Virus record (IMG/VR): IMGVR_UViG_3300033155_001073
DNA length: 64,000 nt
Reading direction: 5' to 3' (one strand)
From: a virus
Lineage: Duplodnaviria; Heunggongvirae; Uroviricota; Caudoviricetes; Schitoviridae
Shown: positions 59,195 to 64,000 of the stretch, in pieces
Numbering within the stretch: position 1 is the stretch's first letter
Layout of the letters: the number at the start of each line of letters is the position of its first letter
Position numbers and translations under genes: made by a program
Notes under the pieces: generated by a model
Seen by the model: only the letters and a program-made list of their open reading frames with translations
The model's database searches: none
Told to the model about the DNA's origin: nothing

Positions 59195-60094
59195 ATGCTA
59201 TCAAGACAAGAAAAACAAGCCATTACAGAATTAGTCTATTCACGTAAGAATATACGTGGATTAGTTAAAGCAGATGTTAATCCAGAACATCCTATATTCT
59301 TAAGTATTGTTTCATTACTTAATAAATATAGACACCAAGCAGGAGGGGCATATCCATCTAAAGCTATTCGTATTAGATACCTTGATGGTAAATTTACAGA
59401 TGAAGAGATAGCAACAGAATTACTGGCAGTACTATTGCCAATACAAGAAGTAAGTCCTATCCAATCATTAGCAAGCCAGATAGGCTTAGCACTGGGATAC
59501 GACAACATACTTGATGGTGTTAAAACAGGGGCTGAACTTATCGCAGTGTGTGAACAGAGTGGTGCATATACCATCTATAAACATACAGACGAGTTGAATG
59601 AGACTGGAACGCTAAGTGTAAGGTCTAACTTCAAACTAGATGATAAGACAGCCGACTTAATAGCTAAGACGAAGTACTTACCACCTATGTTATGTGAACC
59701 AAATGATTGGACAGATAATAGAGATGGAGGATACTTAGGAGGATCCAGCTCATGTATATTAGGCACTATGAATCACCATGAAGGTAATCAATCGCTTGAT
59801 GTATTAAATATATTACAACATATACCTTGGCAGTTAAATGAGATAGTAGATTATGTTGAGAAATCTAATAAAGATTTAGATACTCATGATAAACTAACTC
59901 AGTTCAATATGATGAAAGATCAATCTACAGTTGTTTACAATGAATTAATGGATTGTGGAAATCAATTCTATTTCACTTGGAAAAACGATAGTAGAGGTCG
60001 TATGTATTCGCAAGGATATCACTGCCATTTACAAGCCACTCAGTATAAGAAAGCTATACTGGATTTCTTTAAAGAAGAGTTAATTACAGGATAA
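59195..60094 (+). CDS. RNAP II small subunit (N4 gp15-like; N-terminal half of a T7-like RNAP)
   Basis: C-terminal FYFTWKNDSRGRMYSQGYHCHLQATQYKKAIL matches T7 RNAP WFPYNMDWRGRVYAVSMFNPQGNDMTKGLL (DxxGR motif). Confidence 0.65.
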   Translation: MLSRQEKQAITELVYSRKNIRGLVKADVNPEHPIFLSIVSLLNKYRHQAGGAYPSKAIRIRYLDGKFTDEEIATELLAVLLPIQEVSPIQSLASQIGLALGYDNILDGVKTGAELIAVCEQSGAYTIYKHTDELNETGTLSVRSNFKLDDKTADLIAKTKYLPPMLCEPNDWTDNRDGGYLGGSSSCILGTMNHHEGNQSLDVLNILQHIPWQLNEIVDYVEKSNKDLDTHDKLTQFNMMKDQSTVVYNELMDCGNQFYFTWKNDSRGRMYSQGYHCHLQATQYKKAILDFFKEELITG

Positions 60095-60098
60095 TATA

Positions 60099-60308
60099 AT
60101 GCAAAATATAGATGAAGTATTAAATAGTAAATTTGATATAACAAGAATAGCTATATTAAGTACTATTACTATGCCAAAAAGACTTGGCCCACCTTTAATA
60201 TATAATGGAGAAGAATTAGTTAAAGTAATGCAAAGAACGAGAAATACTATTAAACAATTAGAAGAATCATATGCTAAATTAAACGCTCTTAAACCTATTG
60301 AGGAATAA
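60099..60308 (+). CDS. small ORF (69 aa) between the two RNAP II subunit genes
   Basis: ORF with a Pro-rich central part. Confidence 0.35.
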   Translation: MQNIDEVLNSKFDITRIAILSTITMPKRLGPPLIYNGEELVKVMQRTRNTIKQLEESYAKLNALKPIEE

Positions 60309-60310
60309 TA

Positions 60311-61294
60311 ATGCAACATTTCACCGGATTAGATTATTTAAAGATCGATATCGCTAATGCATTTGGTAAAGATAAAGAGTCATGGGGTGTACGATTAGCA
60401 TGGACAAATCATAATATAAATGACCTTGAAGATCGTGTATCATTAGCTGATGAACCAATGTTATATCTTAAAGCAGTAGCTGCTCTTCGTAAGACTGAAG
60501 CTGGTATCCCATCAGGCCATGCCATGATGTTGGATGCCACAGCATCTGGATTACAGATAATGGCAGCATTATCAGGTTGTAAGAAAACGGCTGGTTACGT
60601 TAATATGATTGATACGGGTGATAGAGAGGATGTATACACATCTATGGTTGATGAAATGAACCTTATATTACCAACTCATGAATATGTAAATCGGAATGAC
60701 ATTAAGAAACCATTAATGACTCACTTCTATAATAAAATGTCGCAAGATACTTTAACAGATGCACAACAAAAAGCTTTCTATGATGTAATGTCAGGAGAAT
60801 TCACAGGTGCTCAAGCAGTTATGGATTTGATTAACCAATACTGGGATGAGTATACTACAGAACATAAATGGACTTTACCTGATGGGCATGTAGCATGTGT
60901 GAAAGTAACTGAAATGGTAAATGCACGGATCCAAGTTGATGAATTAGCTAACACTACATTCACATATCGATTTGAAGCCAACATGCCATCTATCAAGAGC
61001 AGCTCATTAGTACCTAATGTGATACATAGTATTGATGCTTATATTGCTCGTGAGATGGTACGTATGGCCTATGTACAAGGATTTCAATTGGCTCATATAC
61101 ATGATGCATTTGCAGCACACCCTAATAATATGAATTTAGTTAGAATGAATTATAGACATATTATGGGAATGATTGCTGATAGTGATCTACTAGCTAATAT
61201 CTTGACTGAATTAGCAGGGAGGCCACAATCAGTAAATAAGTTAAGTAATGATCTATCCAAAGACATTATGGACAGTGAATACATGTTGTCATGA
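60311..61294 (+). CDS. RNAP II large subunit (N4 gp16-like; T7-like RNAP catalytic half)
   Basis: GLDYLKIDIANAFGKDK ~ T7 GYYWLKIHGANCAGVDK; motif A DATASGLQIMAALSG ~ DGSCSGIQHFSAML; motif B KKPLMTHFYN (K-to-Y spacing 8); motif C HIHDAFAAH ~ HDSFGTH. Confidence 0.85.
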   Translation: MQHFTGLDYLKIDIANAFGKDKESWGVRLAWTNHNINDLEDRVSLADEPMLYLKAVAALRKTEAGIPSGHAMMLDATASGLQIMAALSGCKKTAGYVNMIDTGDREDVYTSMVDEMNLILPTHEYVNRNDIKKPLMTHFYNKMSQDTLTDAQQKAFYDVMSGEFTGAQAVMDLINQYWDEYTTEHKWTLPDGHVACVKVTEMVNARIQVDELANTTFTYRFEANMPSIKSSSLVPNVIHSIDAYIAREMVRMAYVQGFQLAHIHDAFAAHPNNMNLVRMNYRHIMGMIADSDLLANILTELAGRPQSVNKLSNDLSKDIMDSEYMLS

Positions 61295-61449
61295 GCATAC
61301 TACGGAAAATTCTTCATTGGTATAATAATATAGGATACACACAAGGATCGTGTAAATTCTGCGGACTACGAATACAAGTATTAACTAAAGAAGTAAATTC
61401 TGGTAATACGGGTACATGTCCATCATGCAAACGTATATACTTTAAATAA
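61291..61449 (+). CDS. zinc-ribbon small protein (52 aa), ATGA-coupled to the RNAP II large subunit
   Basis: CKFC ...(18 aa)... CPSC; absent from the ORF track (<60 aa). Confidence 0.45.
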   Translation: MSILRKILHWYNNIGYTQGSCKFCGLRIQVLTKEVNSGNTGTCPSCKRIYFK

Positions 61450-61528
61450 GAAGGCGTGCATCCGCACGCTACTGTAAAAGTATTTGAATTATATGATTTG
61501 ATTATTATATACATATACAAAAATATAT

Positions 61529-61560
61529 ACCCTCCTAGCGGAGGGTGTATTTTTTTTTTT
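61529..61560 (+). terminator. rho-independent terminator (accctcc-tagc-ggagggt plus T11)
   Basis: 7-bp GC stem followed by 11 consecutive T. Confidence 0.8.
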
Positions 61561-61585
61561 AACTATATAAATATGGAGATAGAAC

Positions 61586-61963
61586 ATGTGGATTAGTAGT
61601 AAAGTATACAATAACATTGTAGAAAGTAACGCTAACTTGATCCAAAGAGTAGAATCTTTAGAAGAATCAAGAAACACCATGAAAAAAAGAATTGATACGT
61701 TAGCTTCAAGTGCCAGAGGAATAGAATATGGAGAAAGATATTTAACATATACTGGATTTGGCTTATCTATGCCAGAAAGAAAAACTAAATCTGTAAGTGA
61801 TGTTATACACTATATTTTAAATTATCTAAAATTAGAAATAACAGAAACTAAAGCAACAGAAGCTATTGCAAACTTAACCAAAATTAAACCAATTAAATCT
61901 AAAAAGGAAACCAAAGATGTTTCAAAACCTAAAAAATACCATCATCAACCTATTAAAAGGTGA
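61586..61963 (+). CDS. hypothetical protein (125 aa), basic C-terminus
   Basis: RBS GGAGATAGAAC. Confidence 0.4.
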   Translation: MWISSKVYNNIVESNANLIQRVESLEESRNTMKKRIDTLASSARGIEYGERYLTYTGFGLSMPERKTKSVSDVIHYILNYLKLEITETKATEAIANLTKIKPIKSKKETKDVSKPKKYHHQPIKR

Positions 61964-62258
61964 AGACGAACCTGTAGTCAATTTCATCCCTAATATGATG
62001 AAACGTGTACATGAAGATACCGATGGTAATCTCGCAACACGTATGAATCGTCAATTTATCCCATTAGGGGATTTACTGCCCCCTAAACCAAAGCAACCAT
62101 TAAAAGTATGGGCAGGTGATAAGATTAAGAAATCTATCATTAAAGGCCAATGTGCTGGTAAACGTACTGAAGGTGTCGCTGGTGGAGCAATCCGTTTAGG
62201 TAAGCAAGAACGTATGCTTGATAAAATCCATGGTAATGTAGTATTGGAGGGGTTATGA
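61917..62258 (+). CDS. hypothetical protein (113 aa; start uncertain, overlaps upstream ORF)
   Basis: ORF. Confidence 0.35.
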   Translation: MFQNLKNTIINLLKGEDEPVVNFIPNMMKRVHEDTDGNLATRMNRQFIPLGDLLPPKPKQPLKVWAGDKIKKSIIKGQCAGKRTEGVAGGAIRLGKQERMLDKIHGNVVLEGL

Positions 62259-62533
62259 TTAAATTAACCTTGAAAGCAATAGGTATCCTATTATTTATTG
62301 GAGCAATTGGCTTAGGTTTTAAAGCTATATTCCTACCTGCTAATTTAGCAATAGAACGTATGGCTATTACTCACAGTTACCAATATAAAGCAGGTATGGA
62401 AAGCAGAGCTGCTATCTTACGTGCAAATATTATCGAAATCGACGCTATGCTAGATGCTGGTGTTGGTAACCCTAAAGCATTGAATGCACAACGACGTGGA
62501 TTGAATGCACAATTAACCGCAACTTATAAATAA
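62255..62533 (+). CDS. membrane protein with N-terminal TM and helical C-terminus (92 aa)
   Basis: TM AIGILLFIGAIGLGF. Confidence 0.45.
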   Translation: MIKLTLKAIGILLFIGAIGLGFKAIFLPANLAIERMAITHSYQYKAGMESRAAILRANIIEIDAMLDAGVGNPKALNAQRRGLNAQLTATYK

Positions 62534-62545
62534 GGAATTAAACCA

Positions 62546-63094
62546 ATGAACAAGAAATTTATTTTTACAGCTTTACTCGCATTAACTATGTTAACAGGTT
62601 GTGAGGAATCACAAACTCGTAAAGATAGTAAACAAGTAGCACAACAACAAGGCCAATATGCTAAAATCCAACCAGTACCTTACTATAATTGGAGCCTGGA
62701 ACGTCATTTAATTACTGAATTATATAACGCACGTAACACTAAAGCCGCTACTCATTCAGTATGGCGCAGTAATACAGGTGTTATTGAAGGTGATTGCCCA
62801 TCAATGGGCTTCAGCTTACCTTATGATACTAGTTTAACTAATCCATTAAAACGTGACCACAGTACCGCTGGTTCAGTTGTACTCGAACAAGCAGAACCTA
62901 ATGGTATCTTTGCTAGTAAGAATACAGCAGCTACTTGGGTGCTATGCTTAGCAGATACTGGTGCAGTTGAACCTATTTATGTTGAAACTAAAGTAACGGT
63001 ATACCCTTATACTTTAGATGTTAACTACTCAACGAACCGGGTAATACGTACTGGTGAATCATCAGTAGTAATTAATACTGGTCGTAAACGGTAG
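62546..63094 (+). CDS. lipoprotein (182 aa)
   Basis: MNKKFIFTALLALTMLTGC lipobox. Confidence 0.5.
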   Translation: MNKKFIFTALLALTMLTGCEESQTRKDSKQVAQQQGQYAKIQPVPYYNWSLERHLITELYNARNTKAATHSVWRSNTGVIEGDCPSMGFSLPYDTSLTNPLKRDHSTAGSVVLEQAEPNGIFASKNTAATWVLCLADTGAVEPIYVETKVTVYPYTLDVNYSTNRVIRTGESSVVINTGRKR

Positions 63095-63330
63095 TAAAGA
63101 GGCTGGCTCTTATGCTCCTTATAACAGCATAGAGGGAACTCAGAGATAGTTATAGTGTAAGGTATCTCGTGGAGTCCGGAGCACATGTAAAGAGCTTGAT
63201 GCAATGTACGCTGGATAGGTGGTATGCGTATTACGGTGGGTGAACCCGTTGACTATGAGGGGTGGAGCACGGTAGGGTGTACGCACCTGAGATGCTGTGA
63301 AACTAAGATTAGATCACCAAACTAATTTAA

Positions 63331-63407
63331 GGATCTGTAGCTCTAAATGGAAGAGCGGTGGATTCCAAATCCACTGGTTGGGGGTTCGATTCCCTCCAGG
63401 TCCGCCA
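63331..63407 (+). tRNA. tRNA-Trp (CCA), 77 nt, CCA encoded
   Basis: Acceptor ggatctg/caggtcc; D gctc/gagc; anticodon stem gtgga/tccac with loop UUCCAAA; T-loop UUCGAUU. Confidence 0.85.
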
Positions 63408-63413
63408 ATAATA

Positions 63414-63490
63414 GGGCTTATGGCCAAACTGGATAAGGCAAGGGATTTCTATTCCCTCGATTAGGGGTTCGAGTCCCTTTAAGCCCACCA
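63414..63490 (+). tRNA. tRNA-Arg (UCU), 77 nt, CCA encoded
   Basis: Acceptor gggctta/taagccc; anticodon stem aggga/tccct with loop UUUCUAU; T-loop UUCGAGU. Confidence 0.85.
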
Positions 63491-63503
63491 TATAGGAGGA
63501 AGT

Positions 63504-63791
63504 ATGTGGATAGAACAACTAAACAGCTACTTCTCCGAACTACAACAAAGTAGTAAAGAACTTTCATGTCTTGAAGGAAACTTGAGTGTATACCTCGACA
63601 TGACTAATTTTAAGGGATTGGCTCCAGGAGCATCCCAAGCAGCTAAGCAATATTTAGCATACGCTCCAGCTCGTATACTGGAATTAAAAATTAAACTTAA
63701 CAATGGAAGGGTACCAATATGTCCGAACTACCAAAAACCACTAAAGCTCCTGGAAGTAAAGTTCCCGTCAAATCCTGGACACATGAGATAG
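63504..63791 (+). CDS. hypothetical protein (95 aa); 3' end overlaps the RtcB start in another frame
   Basis: Strong RBS TAGGAGGAAGT; 72-nt overlap makes the exact extent doubtful. Confidence 0.3.
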   Translation: MWIEQLNSYFSELQQSSKELSCLEGNLSVYLDMTNFKGLAPGASQAAKQYLAYAPARILELKIKLNNGRVPICPNYQKPLKLLEVKFPSNPGHMR

Positions 63792-64000
63792 AGGATAGTG
63801 CACAAGCACAACTAAATAATATCGCTAAGATGCCATTCATTCATAAACATGTAGCAGTAATGCCAGATGTTCACTGGGGCCTTGGAGCAACTATTGGCTC
63901 AGTAATTCCAACTCACAATGCCGTCATACCAGCAGCCGTTGGCGTAGACTTAGGCTGTGGGATGATGGCTGTAAAGACTTCATTAACAGCATCAGATTTA
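63719..64000 (+). CDS. rtcB: RtcB RNA ligase (first 94 codons; runs off the window end)
   Basis: VKSWTHEIEDSAQAQLNNIAKMPFIHKHVAVMPDVHWGLGATIGSVIPT...IPAAVGVDLGCGM aligns closely with E. coli RtcB VKMWTKGVPVEADARQQLINTAKMPFIFKHIAVMPDVHLGKGSTIGSVIPT...IPAAVGVDIGCGM. Confidence 0.8.
   Translation, partial: MSELPKTTKAPGSKVPVKSWTHEIEDSAQAQLNNIAKMPFIHKHVAVMPDVHWGLGATIGSVIPTHNAVIPAAVGVDLGCGMMAVKTSLTASDL

Noticed and set aside
61489-61680. 63-aa minus-strand ORF across the RNAP II terminator
   Set aside because: AT-rich low-complexity translation spanning a strong + strand terminator; + strand ORFs explain the region.
63327-63518. 63-aa minus-strand ORF
   Set aside because: It lies entirely over the two well-formed + strand tRNAs.
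1-64000. CRISPR array or long tandem repeats
   Set aside because: No repeat-spacer periodicity was seen. Only short direct repeats, as listed above.

Overview
This window reads as a lytic N4-like podophage (Schitoviridae-type) genome segment. No database search was run; every call rests on motifs read in the translations, synteny and DNA inspection.

Organisation:
- 1-10860, + strand: end of the replication (middle) module. It holds a Cas4-like nuclease fragment, a primase-like protein, a Sak4-like P-loop ATPase, an SSB-like protein, a metallophosphoesterase, an ATP-dependent DNA ligase, an Rnl2-like adenylyltransferase domain, a LapG/BTLCP-like secreted cysteine protease and a RusA-like resolvase.
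- 10857-47545, - strand: a 36.7-kb late/virion module. It starts with a 2409-aa virion RNA polymerase; the T7-like motifs A, B and C are read directly in the translation. It continues through virion proteins, major capsid, scaffold-like protein and portal. The lysis genes follow: holin, overlapping i-/o-spanins and a T7-lysozyme-like amidase. Large tail proteins, the large terminase and a putative small terminase complete the module.
- 48201-48544, - strand: four tightly packed tRNAs. Two are atypical: a class-II body with a CAU anticodon, and a UGG tRNA with C33.
- 48819-52042, - strand: a right-end accessory module with an SPFH protein, a PPP-family phosphatase, and secreted, membrane and acidic proteins.
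- ~52043-52429: divergent non-coding region with iteron-like repeats. It is the likely genome-end, origin or early control region.
- 52430 to the window end, + strand: early region of very small genes, a split T7-like RNAP II (gp15/gp16-like) and a coupled zinc-ribbon ORF. It ends with tRNA-Trp, tRNA-Arg(UCU) and the first 94 codons of RtcB.

Most notable:
- A conserved ~25-bp hairpin-containing motif occurs four times in the early region. These are candidate virion-RNAP promoters.
- Three UNCG-tetraloop hairpins with a shared stem follow the first early genes.
- A tRNA-Leu-like element of ~121 nt sits in a 480-bp non-coding island.
- A 734-bp non-coding region lies inside the replication module.
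- The phage carries a combined nucleic-acid end-repair set: its own tRNAs, RtcB, an Rnl2-like domain, a DNA ligase and two phosphoesterases.
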